Source of the DNA: Octopus vulgaris
Taxonomy: Eukaryota
Direction of reading: 5' to 3'
Length of the DNA: 64,000 nt
Assembly (NCBI GenBank): GCA_951406725.2
Contig: OX597822.1
Coordinates: forward strand, 30,752,001 to 30,816,000
The notes below the pieces were generated by a model. The model was not told where the DNA came from. It ran no database searches and saw only the letters and a list, made by a program, of their open reading frames with translations. A program made the translations under genes and the position numbers. Below are positions 13,093-27,136 of the stretch, piece by piece (position 1 is the stretch's first letter; each line of letters opens with the position of its first letter).

Positions 13093-14000
13093 TTCTGGTG
13101 GAGGTCGTGTTGCTGTTATTCGTTGTTGCGTGTGTGTTGCTGAGGTTCCTCTTGTTAGTGCCTCCCCCCTTTCCTTCAACTGTCTTTTTCTTTTTTTTTT
13201 TTGGTGGTGGGAACTGTTAGCCACTACCTCTCTCGACCTCAGTACTCGAACAGTCGAGTTGTTTGGGTCGGAAAGGGGGATTCTCTCTGGGACTAGGTTT
13301 TGTTTTGGTTCATCTAATGCTGTATTGTAGTAGCTGTTGGTAGTGGTGTTACTGCTACTGGTGGTAGTTGTACTCCAGCTGGTGGTGGTGGTGGTACTCC
13401 GGCTGATGTCTTTGCTGTTAGTGTTGATGTTAGTGGTACCCTGGCAACAGCTGGAGGCGACATCGCTATTGCTGTTGCTAGGGGTGATGGAGTTGGCTTC
13501 TGCTGTTGCTGCTGCTGTTGTTGCTGCTGCTGTACTGGAAGTGCCCTCGTTTCTTGTGTCGGTTGTAGGGTCCGACGCATCTTCTTATATTTTTGGTAGT
13601 CTACCTTGAGGTGCTGATTGTTTCCACAAAAGTAGCACCTCGGCCTCCTGCCCGCCACAGCTATATGTAGTCTCGTGCCGCCGGTAAGTTTATGGAGTTA
13701 GGGATAGAATTTAGGGCATCTTATTCAATTTGAACAAAGAGCTCCAACCCCTGATCCGTCCAATTGTGTTGGTACAATTTATGCCCCTCCGTATTGTGGT
13801 GGTATCCTCTACAGCCACCACCAGCCAATATATATTTATTTCAGGGGGCACCTCCCAAATTTTAGTTTTGGTAACGCGTCGACCAAGGTATGTCGACACG
13901 TAGTAGCACTGTGGAATGTTTTCATGCTCCTTCTTCCGTTGCAAAGCACACTTCCACTGTGCCGAATCGTTTTTCACGTGTCACATATGTTTTATTCAAC
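13093..14000 (-). pseudogene. Gag/ORF1-like fragment with a degenerate CCHC zinc knuckle
   Basis: GRRPRCYFCGNNQHLKVDY followed by a Q/P/T-rich tail; STYLGRR motif shared with 21430-23197. Confidence 0.6.
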
Positions 14001-14070
14001 AACCTTCAATAACACACAACAAAAATTCCAACTTACGGTGCGCTCAAAACACGTCTAACCAAAACGAGAA

Positions 14071-14202
<132 letters not shown>

Positions 14203-14385
14203 TGGTTTCAAATTTTACCAAAAGGGCAGCAATTTTGGAGGATGGGTGAGTCGATTGCATCGACCCCAGTGTTCATATGTTACTTAATTTATCGACCTCG
14301 AAAGGATGAAAGGTAAAGTCGGCCTTGGCAGAATTCGAACTCAGAAGGTAAAGACGGAAGAAATACCGCAGAAAGTTTCTCAGCA
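14203..14385 (-). mobile_element. SINE family C
   Basis: atcgacctcgaaaggatgaaaggtaaagtcggcc block. Confidence 0.75.
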
Positions 14386-14544
14386 ATAATAATAACAATG
14401 GTGACAACACCAATAATTATAATAATAGGACGATGGAATTGTAGAATTATTCGAGCTTTGGACAAAATACCGAGTGGGTGGATGCTGAAACGTTCCTGCC
14501 TTTGGGTAAAAGAAAATACAGGACGATCATTAATTAGGATTTTT

Positions 14545-14670
14545 TTCAAGATATTCCACTCTCAGATTCACACACTTATCGCAGCGGTCCTTCAGTTTTT
14601 CTAAGCCCTGTAAAAGAACTCGGAAGGATGAGCCTCCAGCCTGACCTTTCGCAATATCCTTAAAGCACCG
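14545..14670 (-). mobile_element. Mariner-derived 3' fragment
   Basis: Minus translation ..LEAHPSEFF..LEKLKDRCDKCVNLRVEY; similar to 60140-60290. Confidence 0.55.
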
Positions 14671-15749
14671 ACCTTTTCAGCACCTTGTCGTATATTCCGA
14701 ATTCAAATCCCACAGAAACCAGCTTAGTTTTTGAACCCTCCAGACAGAACAAAATACTTGTCTAAATGCTAAGATCGATGTTATTGATCAATCCTGTTTC
14801 CTCAAAATCATTAGTCTTAAGCGTGAATCGGAAATCATTAATATTGTTATTGTTGTCGTCGTCATCGTCGTCTTCTTGAATTTTACTGTTGTTCCTCTTG
14901 TTGTAATTCGTCTTAAATATTTTGATACAGAGACATACACTGCCAGCGATGTTAGGATAAATTTTCAGGACGAAATGATTACAAGTTAATGAAACTATGC
15001 GTTAGTAGTTAGTATGCTTCCTTTTATTTTTTAATACTTTAAAAAAAAAAAAAGGATTTAGCTCGAAAACAGAACAAAAATGCCAATTAACAAACTCTAA
15101 ACAACATAGTTCTTGACGTAATATTACAGACAGAAGCCTAGGAAAGAGAGAGAGAGAGAGAGACAGACAGACAAAGAGGCGGAATGTGACGTAAAAGAAG
15201 GAAAGAGAATGGGAGAGAGAAAAAAAGATGGGGCGTAAAAGAAGGGGAGTGAAAGAGGGATAAAAGAAGAACGGATAAAGAACGAGCAGTGGAAGAGAGA
15301 AAACTGTATAGAAAAAGAGAACACAGCAAAGCAGAAAACCCTGTTTTAATTTTTACTTCAATATTATTTATGGTTCTTCTGTAACCAGAGACATAGGAAA
15401 TAGTAGATCGTTCTAAACGAAATAGCATCACCAAACCAACAAGACGGGAGATTTCTTTTCGTATTTCCAGTTGAAATAACATATAACTTACTATTCTTTT
15501 TTCTTTTTTGAGTCTCAGCCAATGTAACTGTTCCCAGCGTTAGATATTTTGATGCAGAGATACTCCGATGCCAACTCTATTAATAGAGCCTCTATTTGTT
15601 CAAAGAAAAGGTGTATTCATATTTATCAGTGTAGATGTTGTCCATAGAAGATTTGAGCGTGTCACATGATAACTCGCACATACACGAATACATTCACAGT
15701 CGTGCAGGCTTATTCACAAAATCACAGTTTTAGTGTGACTCTGTGTGTA

Positions 15750-15790
<41 letters not shown>

Positions 15791-15852
15791 AATCTTCGTG
15801 TTCATCTATGTTCACGGACGTGTACATGGGTGTCTGTACTTTTTAATAACGG

Positions 15853-15894
<42 letters not shown>

Positions 15895-15937
15895 TTGTGT
15901 GTGTGTGTGTGTGTGTGTATTTTATCAACAAAACTGC

Positions 15938-16070
15938 AAAGACATCACAAAAGCTGTTACTCAGAATTTCACGCCTCCTTTAATCGGACAGTTTTGAACA
16001 GTTTCTCAACCAAAACTGTCCGAATGAATGGGAACGTGAAACTTTGAGGAACAGTTTTTGTGATGTCTTT
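15938..16070. ncRNA. Inverted pair of decayed hammerhead-like motifs (Penelope-type inverted end)
   Basis: Arms 15938-15996 and 16011-16070; + arm reads aactgt-CCGAATGA-atgggaacgt-GAAAC-tttga-GGA-acagtt. Confidence 0.5.
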
Positions 16071-16163
16071 TATTAATAAGGCATATTACCCTTCCTCCGG
16101 TATTCCAGTACTATTTTTTGCACCAATAACAGATACAAGTAAAAGGTAAAGGAATACGATATA

Positions 16164-16688
16164 CAGGGTTTGGACAAAATAATAGAAACACCTTAAAATT
16201 TCAAACAAATTTATTTTAATACGGGGTAGGACTGCCTTTGGCAGTAGTTACAGCTTGAATTCTACGAGGTATAGACTTGTACAAAGTTTGAATTGTTTCC
16301 AAAGGAATTTTTGTCCATTCTTCAGCTAAGACAGTCTCTAGTTCTTGAAGTGATGATGGTGGAGGATATCGACTTCTTGCTTGTTACACCAAACACTTCT
16401 TGATACACCAAACATTTCGGCTGTGTTCGTTACGCTAGCGCCTGCCATACGAGCACTAACAGTTTTATCTCTTTGAAAGTCCGATAGATCTGTATTTTAT
16501 TGAATTTTAATTACCTCTTTCTGATGATATCTGAAAGGAAGCACCAATTCTAGCAAAACATATTAAGCAATACTAATAATAATTTTAAAAAAACCCATAA
16601 AAATAAACAAGCTGTTGACCCTTTTATAGATATATTAAAATTATGATGCTATGATGCTAGGTGTTTCCCTTATTTTGTCCAACCCCTG
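16164..16688 (-). mobile_element. Internally deleted Tc1-like element
   Basis: TA-flanked TIRs CAGGG(T/G)TTGGACAAAATAA...GAAACACC; remnant ELETVLAEEWTKIPLETIQTLYKSIPRRIQAVTTAKGSPTPY*. Confidence 0.92.
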
Positions 16689-17841
16689 TATACATGTGAT
16701 GTGGTGTCAGTTTCTTCGTGCTGGAAGATCCTAATTAGGGGCAGTTTGCCTTGAAATGGCTATGTAAATCGTTTCTTGACCATGCACGGCTTGTCTTTCG
16801 TGCCTGCGTCTTTTTTTTTTTGTTGAAGTGAGAGTCAGTCTGTGTAATCCAGTCTCACTATTTAAACATGGAAGTCTGACTATTGAGGCTCAGCTGGCTA
16901 AGAGGGCTGCAGTGACCAGCAAGCTGTAGATTTTATACTGGAATTGTTTTCTCTCAGATGAATTGCGTTAGTGGGTTGAAGAGCTAATTTTTCGTAATTG
17001 TGAGACAGGGTCAATGGTATAGCACAGCTTTGGTGCATTTCCATTCGATCAAGTCGCCTCCTGTGTCTATTTTTGAATCTACTGCTTAATTTCTGGGTCG
17101 CTACAAATCTACTACATAATTTCTGAACTGGTACAAATATACAATGGCTGTCAGATGGTGTGTGATAAACACATACAAAGACATACGCACGGCCAAGTGA
17201 CTCCGCGAGATCACTACAGATAACGATATCCACACACACATATACACACATGGTGTGTGTGTGTGTGTGTGAGTGTTTGTGCGTGCGTGTGTGTATGTGT
17301 GTGTGAGTGTGTGTGTATAATGTCGGATTTCCGCACTGATTCCATCTACCAAAGTTACTCACAGGACATTGGAAATACTGTAGAAGCGACCTAATTTGTC
17401 GCACAGTGGGACTGACGCCAAGTGATTGCGTAGATCGAAATTCGTAATCGTACAATCTGGCCTATGCCATAATATTCATCGCAGATGACAATCGAGTGTA
17501 AGGCATTGCCAAGCCTTAACAGCGCTGAAACTCTTATTGTTGTTAGGCACTGCAGCAACAATGTTCCTCTCGCTCCCGCATATATTGTATTTTTAACGTA
17601 AATCTAAAAAAAGGTTTTATTTGAGACAATTTCCCAGCAGCATGCCTTCTAATGGTATATATACAATTCATATGATACGCAAATGGTGATTTTAATTTGA
17701 TGCTTTTACATGTTTCTGTCTTCCACTGTGGTGAAATAACTACATACCAAAACAATCCTCTCTTCGATATTCAGTTAGTTCAAGATTAGGAAAGCCGATA
17801 CGGTATTTACATCTGTTCGTTACTAATATTAGGAGGAGGAG

Positions 17842-18179
17842 GAGACCCCCTTCGGTCATGAATGACCATGGGATTGCACCTAGAAAGTTACCCTCCGAGG
17901 CACAAGTCAGGGCAAGATTGTTTGTGGAAAGCTAGCAGTCACGCATGCATACCAGCCTCCTCTCTCCACACCACTGATGTTATCCAAGGGAAAGGCAAAG
18001 GGGCCGATACAGCTTGGCACCAGTGATGTCGCAACTCATTTCTACAGCTGAGTTAACTGGAGCAACGTGAAATAAAGTGTCTTGCTCAAGAACACAATAC
18101 ACAGCCCGATCCGGGAATCGAACTCTCAACCTCACGATCGTAAGCTCTACGCTCTAACCACTGAGACATGCGCCTTCAC
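17842..18179 (-). mobile_element. SINE family A, alternative 3' tail
   Basis: Same tRNA head and core as 2300-2558, different tail. Confidence 0.8.
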
Positions 18180-18293
18180 CGTTACTGATATGACAGCTAT
18201 AACAATTACGGAAAATGTAGTTTGTATGCTGGGTCATACTTGCATGCCAGTGACGGCAATACTATTGTATATGCTTTCGTGTATGAGGGAGAC

Positions 18294-18328
<35 letters not shown>

Positions 18329-18347
18329 GGAGGAGAGAGAGAAAGAT

Positions 18348-18382
<35 letters not shown>

Positions 18383-18524
18383 AAGACACAGAGAGAGAGA
18401 GAAAGACAGAGAGAGACAGAAAGACAGAGAGAGAGAGAGAGAAAGACAGAGAGAGTGAAATATGTACGCAAATACACACACACGTACACACACATAAGCG
18501 CGCACACACATAATTTGAACAAAC

Positions 18525-19103
18525 AGCGTAGGCGTGACTTCTGTCTTAAGACGCTTACTTCACGACCATGCTGTCTTGGGCTGAATCCTACTGTGCGGCA
18601 CAGTGGGCAGGATTAAAGGAATACTTAGTGGCATCCCAGATAATTTCGACTTCCAGTACAGCTACAGTCCGAAAAAATGCCTTATGAGTAAAGTTTACGG
18701 ATGGAAACTGAAAGAAGCTCGGCTTGTGTGTGTTTTCTTTTTCTTTTATTCTTTTATCTGTTTCAGTCATTTGACTGCGGCCATGCTGGAGCATCACCTT
18801 TAGTAGAGCAAATCGACCGCAGGACTTATTCTTTGTAAGCATAGTACTCAATCTATCGGTCTCTCTTGCCGAACCACTAAGTGACGGGGGCGTAAACACA
18901 CCACCATCTGTTGTCAAGCGATGTTGGGGAACACACAAACATATATATACGATTAGCTTCTTTCAGTTTCCGTCTACCAAATCCACTTTGGTCGGCCCGA
19001 GGCTATAGTAGAAGACACTTGCCCAAGGTGTCACGCAGTGGGAGTAAAACCGAACCATGTGGTTGGTAAGCAAGCTACTTACCACACAGCCACTCCTGCG
19101 TCT
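18525..19103. mobile_element. Partial SINE B (+, 18525-18735) abutting a full SINE B (-, 18750-19103)
   Basis: Family B motifs in opposite orientations. Confidence 0.85.
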
Positions 19104-20142
19104 ATATTGTGTGTGTGTATAATAAATAAACGGAATTACTATTTAAGCTTAAAATACATCGTACATATTCAAGGAATATTCTGGGTTTAGTGGTACGGAA
19201 CGTTATCCTGGTATTCTTTGATTCTTTTATTTGTTTCAGTCATTTGACTGTGGCAATGCTGGAGCACCACCCTTTAGTTGGAGAAATTGACCCCTGGATT
19301 TATTCCCTGTAAATCTGGTGCTTATTCTATCAGTCTCTTCGGCTGAACGGCTAAATTGTCGTTTTACATATGTGCTTGTACATAATCAGGAGCACAAATG
19401 TATAAATTGAAATGCAAAAGAACGAAATAATAAATTTATTTATAAATGAAAGTTTGGTACTTTGCATTTATTTCCACCAAGCGACACTTATTATTGGCCA
19501 GCCTTGTCATATTCTGTGTGAGGCTGAAGCTCCCCGAGAACTACGTTAATGTTATGCATGGCTGTGGTGTACTCAGCCATTTGTGAGTTAATTTTATCCT
19601 CGTGTGACAATGAAAAGTGAAATTGACGTCGAATATTTGCTACGTCTATGAATCTATGTATGAACTGTTCGTTGGATTTATGAATCTACTGCATCTCTCA
19701 CTTTCTGTTTTTCTCTTTCACTTCCTTTCCCGCTTTTGATTTAATAATGTATGTTTTCATGTATCTAATTCTCTTGCATTGTGATAAACATTTAAAAACA
19801 CAAAACGAACGCCGTCACCACACACTCTCTCTTTCACTCTCTCTCTCTCTTTCTATCTCACTCCCTCACTTTCTCTCTCAATCTCGCTTTCTTTCTTTCT
19901 CTATCTCTCTCTCTCTCTCTCTTACTTCCTCTCTGTCCTCCTCTTTCTCGCTTTGCCACTTCTTTGAAGTAAGTGTGGCACACACATCTGGTATGTGCAA
20001 AAACAAACAAGTTAGCTTATTAACATTATTGATATATAATTAATATATATATATACATATCATTGATATTTATACATACATTCACATATATTGAATATTT
20101 ATATCTATAATTAATATTTATACATACACTCATATATATTGA

Positions 20143-20207
<65 letters not shown>

Positions 20208-21429
20208 CGTGCGTATAATTATGTCTGTATGTATGCATAATTCTTTGCGCGTATGTCTTTGTGTTTCACCCCACTGCTTGGAAACCGATTTTGAATTGTT
20301 TATGTCCTTGCAATACACCGGTTCTGCAATAAGCAAAATTTCCGGTCTTGTGCCACAATTTGAAAGAGATATTATAATCAGGGTATGAAAGTGCGTACGT
20401 AGTAGTTAGCACGGTGGGTGCACAGACGTATTGTCGTGGCTTCTGTTCCTGGATTCGAAAGTGCGCAGTGTCTTTGAGTAAATCGCTTCATTTTATACTG
20501 CTAGAGACAACTCTAGCGAAAATGATTAACTACTGGTGCAGCCTTGTCTTCACGATGTTTCGTTAGGTTAATGCTTTTGAAAGCCAAGTTGGTAACTATG
20601 ACCGCTAGCGGGTACATACCTAAAACGAGGAGCAATGAAACTGTTATCAAGTCTTACTTGCTTACGAGTGAAGGCGATTGTGTTAATATATGACACGTAA
20701 GTCGAAACATAATTAAACGGAGGGAAAAATTTCTTTTAAACAGTTACTCTTTTGTATACCCAGATAAAAAAAGGAAAGTAAAAGAGGAAAGAACGCCAGA
20801 AAAAGTATTAGACAATACAATATGGTCTCATTAGTTCTGATGATATATTTGGTAATATCCTCCCAGATTTGTCAATTCCGTTCAGCTTCTGACTTGGCTC
20901 TTTGTGCTCCAGACTGCCATCTAGCTAAATATACCGGTCAGATGCAGGCTTTAAGATAAGATCACTGACTGTCTGTCAGTAAGTCTATTTATGTATATGT
21001 GTAAATGCGTTTTACATCTATGAAAACGTTTTTTTTTTTTGTTTATTTCGAATTCTGCATTAAAGTAGCCGCAACTAAGATGCCAACTGATCAGTCGGTC
21101 AAAAACAACAACCAAGCAAACAAACAAACAAAGAAACCAAGAAGCAACAACAAACAAAAATTACTTCCTACACACAAACAAACGCCCGACTGTTGGCAGT
21201 TACAGTTTATAGTAAAGCTAACTATAGGTGGTAGTTTAGAAAAAGTAAGGAAAAGTGAATAACGATTTTCCTTGAAGTTGCTGCATTCATTTAACAGTTA
21301 TCACTGAACAGGAAGATAACTTGCATATCGACAAAGGCTGATCGAGTAACTCCTCGAGAAATTAAAGAAACAATAAAAGAGGAAAATACCCGCCATCTAC
21401 TGGTAACTCCGATTGATGCTTGTATAGGT

Positions 21430-23197
21430 CTCTGATGTCATTTGCAACATCATTAGGTTCTCCGATACTCTAAAAGTGTTGGGGCTGTAGATCACCCACT
21501 CTATTTCAATGTTTCCGTTTTCTGCTATGAGAGACATCAGCTTTTAAATGACCCTCCTCACTAGCACGAAATTCCGCCTGCACGGATAGTTGTTGTTGTT
21601 GTAGTGCCATTTCTTTTAAAAGTTTCTTGTGTTTTTGATTCTGTTGTGGGTGTTTGTAATGGTGTTGGTGTTTGTAGTGTGGGTGTTGTCTTTAGTGTGT
21701 TTGTGCTTGTCGTTTCTTGGATTTCTCCCTTTTTTTCTGTTTCTTTCTTGTTTTGGATTTTAAGCTTTCCCCCTCATCGTCACTTGGTTTCTTGGAAGAG
21801 TCCGTGTCTTGCATGTTTTCTTCTGGTGTTGTTTCTTCTGATTCTCTTGTAGTAGTAGTTGTTGCTCTTACTCCTGCTACTGTACCTTCCGCCTCTGCTG
21901 CTGGTGCTACTCCCACTGCCACATTTACTATAACACCTGCTTGTTTTATCTCCTTGGGTTCAATTTCTGTTTCTATGCCCTTGCCTTTTTGTTGATGTTG
22001 TTGTTTTTGTAGACTCGTGGGTTGTGGTGCTTTTGTTTGGACATTTCTTTCGCCCATTCTATTCTAATTCTGTGGGAAGTGAAACTGTAAATGGGCAGTG
22101 AAACCGATTGTGGCACCTCGGCCTTCTTCCCTCCACGTTCACACTTAGGTCTACTCTATTTGAGAAAGAAACCAGGCTCAAGTGGCTTCAAGTGGAGAAG
22201 AACCTCCATAGTAGTTCCAACCCAGTTCTCTTTCCTCAATCTTTTAACTTCCAGGAAATTCTCTCCCCGTCCGTACAAATACAGGCGAAAATCCATCATA
22301 AATCCAGGCCTGATGGGAGCCTTAGCACCGTAATTCGTACCGCCTTTCTTCCCATGTACGTTGGGAAGGGAGCGATTTCCTCGATGCCATGCGTGGTCAC
22401 CAGGCTTTGTATCACCTGCCACTTGGTCTTAAAAAGGACCTCTACTCCACGTCACTGCCTCGTTCTCGCAATGCGGTGGATCTGTCTTTCAAGGCTTTTC
22501 CCACTTGGTCGCGTTTAGCATTTTCGAGTTTCTTTGTTTTTGTGTTCACACACCTGTAGACAACTGTCCGTTTGGCTGTTGCTTCAAGCACGTTGCTTGG
22601 AGGTGCCAATTCTTCCCTCCTTCCATTCATCTTCATATATTTTGCTGCCTGGAGATGTTGACCAATTTCTTAGCTGTCGTGATATTTGCAAAAGTCTTTT
22701 ACTCGCCGCTAACTCCATTTTTGTTAGTCTCTTCGCAGTAATTGCTTTCAATGTTGTTATTCGTGTTACTACAGTTCCCATGTAGTAAGGAAGACATTAC
22801 ACCTTCCTTCCTCTCACCTTCTTTCTTTCTTTGTTTCTTTGTTTCTTTGTTTCTTTGTTTCTTTGTTTCTTTGTTTCTTTGTTTCTTTCTTTGTTTCTTT
22901 CTTCTTCTTCTTCTTCTTCTTCTTCTTCTTCTTCTTCTTCTTCTTCTTCTTCTTCTTCTTCTTCTTCTTCGTCTTCTTCTTGCTATCTTCTGCCAATCGT
23001 GGCGGGGTGGACGAGGAAATCCTCGAGCAAATTGCCGTACCATCTTCCTTCCTTACTCCCGCTTTTTGTCGCCATTTTCAATGTTTACTTTCTTCGAAGC
23101 AAATTTTCGAAGAAATTTGAAAATATAAAGATTTGAATTACCCGCAAAATGAAGCTTCTCCACCGCCCCAGAAGGGCAGATGGCTTGCAAAACGATT
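21430..23197 (-). pseudogene. Gag/ORF1-like retroelement relic with internal (AAG)n expansion
   Basis: Decayed frames including PTYMGRKAVRITV and RPRCHN, then a K/E/T-rich tail; parallels 13093-14000. Confidence 0.55.
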
Positions 23198-23230
23198 TAA
23201 GCAACAAAATACAGTATAGAACCTCTTAAA

Positions 23231-23718
23231 CCCTTGACAACGGTTGACGCAAATATGCGATCACACTTTTGCTTACCTACCCGCGGTGAACGTAAATATA
23301 CGATGTAAAGCTGTCCTACATCTATCACGGACTTTTTAGCTGTTGACGTATGCTTACATTCGATATCGTGTACTTTATCTCTTGAGGTGCGCGCGCTCGC
23401 CGTCCCGTGCATTATCTTAACAATTTTAGGTTAGGTTCAAGTTATGAGACTAGCAGAAGATCAATGACATGTGGATTCTTTACATCCGTGTTTTGAGTTG
23501 TACCACACGCAAGCTATTTTTTGAACTTGAGCAGAATAACTCGTGCATATCATATGATAAATAGCTATACATAGTTCGTTTTCATAAACCGGTGACGTAT
23601 ATGTACGACGCCATGCTATTGTAACGGTGAGAGTAAACAGACGCGAGCTCGTTGGCACTAGTGTCTTTGTGTGGCCTCATTAGATAAAAAAAAAAGGCGG
23701 AGCAATGTCTCGCATGGG
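23231..23718. mobile_element. Possible piggyBac-like MITE
   Basis: TAAA|CCCTTG...CATGGG|TTAA ends; three internal g(t/g)tgacg subrepeats; TIR match is poor. Confidence 0.4.
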
Positions 23719-24024
23719 TTAAACAAGTGAAGTAGTCATAAACTTACAGCGCTCCAAAAACACACCTCCAGCTATGTCGACAACAGCAAAAACAACAACA
23801 ACAATGATAATAATAATGATGATGATGATGATGATGATAATAATAATGATAACGTTTAACATGTGAGAGCGATAAAACACTACTTCGAAATCTATCCAAA
23901 AACATAGGGAATAAGGAAAACAAATGGAGCCTAAAATAACTGACAAAATGTAAGACTATACCCAAGTAAGTAATACTAATTAAAAGTATTTCAAAATATC
24001 ATTAAGTAATGTATAAACAAACGG

Positions 24025-24069
<45 letters not shown>

Positions 24070-24256
24070 TGAATCGAATAAAAATAAGCGACAAAGGCTA
24101 ATCATTATTGATCACAAAAGCATTAAACAGATATATATGTAAATGTAATATGCGACAATTATTCGGTAGCCATGATAAAACTCGCACACCACCGTCCATG
24201 CGCCTATACGTATATACTCATCCGGCCTTACTTGAAACACACACATGCTCACCCAC

Positions 24257-24301
<45 letters not shown>

Positions 24302-25194
24302 GTATATATGTATTTTTGCAAATTCCAACGGTATTTTCTGATTTTCAGAATTCTAGGGCACCGAAAAATTACATAAGGTTACTTTAAACAAAAATAAAAA
24401 AAAGTAAAAAAGGATATGCATAAAACATAACGAAAGGAAAGCGTGTGTTGGTGAGTACATTAGTCAAAGCATTGATTCACAGTGCATTGTTTACATTAAA
24501 TGTACGCCACAAGCAAGAAGAAATAAAGATCCTGGATGCTAGTAGTTCAGAGGTGACGGTATAATTTAAATTCCCCCCCACACCCACACGCATACGCACA
24601 ATCATACACACATACACACGCATACACACACACACACACACACACACTTGTATACCTTCTTCATCTCTTACGCCGTTTTGAGTTATGGACCAAATCGATT
24701 GAATGAGAAACAGAAAAAAAAAATCAATATTTCCTGGTGCACAAGACGAGCAAATATTTGATACTCCCCTGCAAGGCCCTGATTTTCTAATTTAATGAAT
24801 GCACTGATTATTTTAATATTTAAGCTCAGTAAGCATTAAAATCCGAGTGTTTATGCAATTTTAAACTTTGCTAGAAATCTATCTTTTCCTTATAGATTTC
24901 TTATCTGATTGTTAGTATGTCTCCACACAAAGCATTTTCATCCCTCACTCTCAAACAGTCATTGTTACTATGTCTCACCACTAATCAATCCCAACCTCTA
25001 GCAACTAGCAATGTCCTTCACAATAAGAATATATTTCCCCAATCCAATGCATCAAGCTAAATCGATCTGAAGAATCTCTAGCTAAATTATATAGCAGTAG
25101 TTTGGATTTACAATTTATGCATATTGTATTTGAGATCCAAAATGCATAAATCACAAATACTATAGAATTAACTGTTTCGATTAACACGTTCAGA

Positions 25195-25378
25195 CACTTT
25201 TACTTAGCGGCATTTCGTCCCTTTGAACATTCTAACTTCAAATCCCGCCACGGTCGACTTACCCTTTTAATTTTTCCTGGTCGATAAAATAAGCACCTGT
25301 TGATCATTGCAGTCAATGTAACTGACTCAGCCCCTTCCCCGAAACCGCTGACATAGTGCCAAAATTTGAAACCCATAT
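25195..25378 (+). mobile_element. SINE family C, diverged
   Basis: ggtcgactt...ggtcgataaaataagcacc. Confidence 0.65.
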
Positions 25379-26217
25379 TTTCTTAAACCGAATCCAATAC
25401 TTATTAATTTTTTTTCTTATTTTTTTATACACGTCTTTCGCATTTCATTTATAGTTCCAACAGAATTCATAGTCCTAAAAATTTACTATTGTATATTACT
25501 TTCAATTTTCCTTGTAAATATAGTTAATATTTTAAAATATATTGAAAACTATTGTAAATAGAATAATTTCAATGTTCATGGTTCAGACCTAGTAGTAGAA
25601 ACTTTGATATTTCTAGCTTGACGCTTATTGGCAGGATATAATCTGATAAATATCACATTATATTTTAATGCATTTTGTACACTAATTCTCAAATTACCGC
25701 GCCATATAAAATGCCTATACATATTATATTATAAAAACGAATAAATAAATAAATAAATATCACTTTATAGTGTGAAAGTATCAAAGGGCTTAAAATATGA
25801 AGTAACTAAGACGACACTCAGGGCTTGAAATATGAGTAAGAAAATCTCTAAAAAGACATCTAGTTCGCTTTATTAAATGTAAGTATTTAAGGTCGTTAGA
25901 ATCACTTGCTAACTTCTATCTTTTACGCCGTACTTATTTTTCTCATTGAATCGATCTATTACAGTTTGTGAAGTCACAAGAGATTGTAATGGATATCAAT
26001 CTTCAATTTAGAAAATGTCATAGTATTTCAAATGTGCAAAACGTAAATATCAATGGGGAAAAAAAAACCCATACAATCATCATGTTAAGAGTATAGTTTC
26101 TAGTTTCCAGGAGAAGAAGTCAAACTAATTTCGAAGACACGGTTGGTGTTGATTTCTCTGTGGGGACAATACAGTAATGAATAAAATATAACGGAAATAT
26201 AATAATAATAATAATAA

Positions 26218-27069
26218 TCCTTTCTACTGGAACCACATGATTTCAAATCGGTGGGTAGGGGACTAGACGATTATATCAACTCCACTCTTTCACTGCTACA
26301 TAAATTATCGACCCCGAAAGGATAAATGCAAAGTCGACCTCGGCGGAATTTAAATTCAGAACGTAGCGGTGGACGGAATACCTATTTCTTTATTGCCCAC
26401 AAGGGGCTAAACATAGAGGGGACGAACAAGGACAGACATAGGTATTAAGTCGATTATATCGACCCCAGTAACTGGTACTTAATTTATCGACCCCGAAAGG
26501 ATGAAAGGCAACGTCGACCTCGGCGGAATTTGAACTCAGAACATAACGGCAGACGAAATACTGCTAAGCATTTCGCCCGGCGTACCGATAAGCATTACGT
26601 CCAGCATGCTAACGATTCTGCCATTCCACCGCCCTAAGGCGGAGGTAATTATTTCAAATTTTTGCCACAAGTGCAGCTTGGGGAAGGTGGTGCTGAGTCG
26701 ATTTCATCGATCCTAGTTTTCATCTGGTACTTATTTTATCGATCTCAAAAGGATAAAAGACAAAGTCGCCGTCGGCGGAATTGGAACTCAGAACGTAGCG
26801 GCAGACGAAATACCAATAAGCATTTTGCCTGGAGTACTAATGATTCTGCCATCTCGCAGCCTTAATAGTAATAATAGTAGTAGTAATAATAATAATTATT
26901 ATTATTTCAATTTTTTCCACAAGGAAGCTTAGGGGAGGTGGGAATGAGTCGATTACATCGACCCCAGTGTCCATCTGGTATATATTTTATCGGCACCGAA
27001 AGGAAGAAAGGCAAAGTCTACGCTAAGTATTTCACCCGGTGTGCTGACGATTCTGCCAGCTCGCTACCT

Positions 27070-27070
<1 letters not shown>
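26218..27070 (-). mobile_element. Tandem cluster of at least 4 SINE family C copies (central block resembles the MetaSINE domain)
   Basis: Repeated GCCTTTCATCCTTTCGGGGTCGATAAATTAAGTACC and B box GAGTTCAAATTCC; further fragment at 27350-27440. Confidence 0.85.

Positions 27071-27136
<66 letters not shown>

Noticed and set aside
16898-17455. 185-aa ORF
   Set aside because: Spans a microsatellite; no recognisable domain
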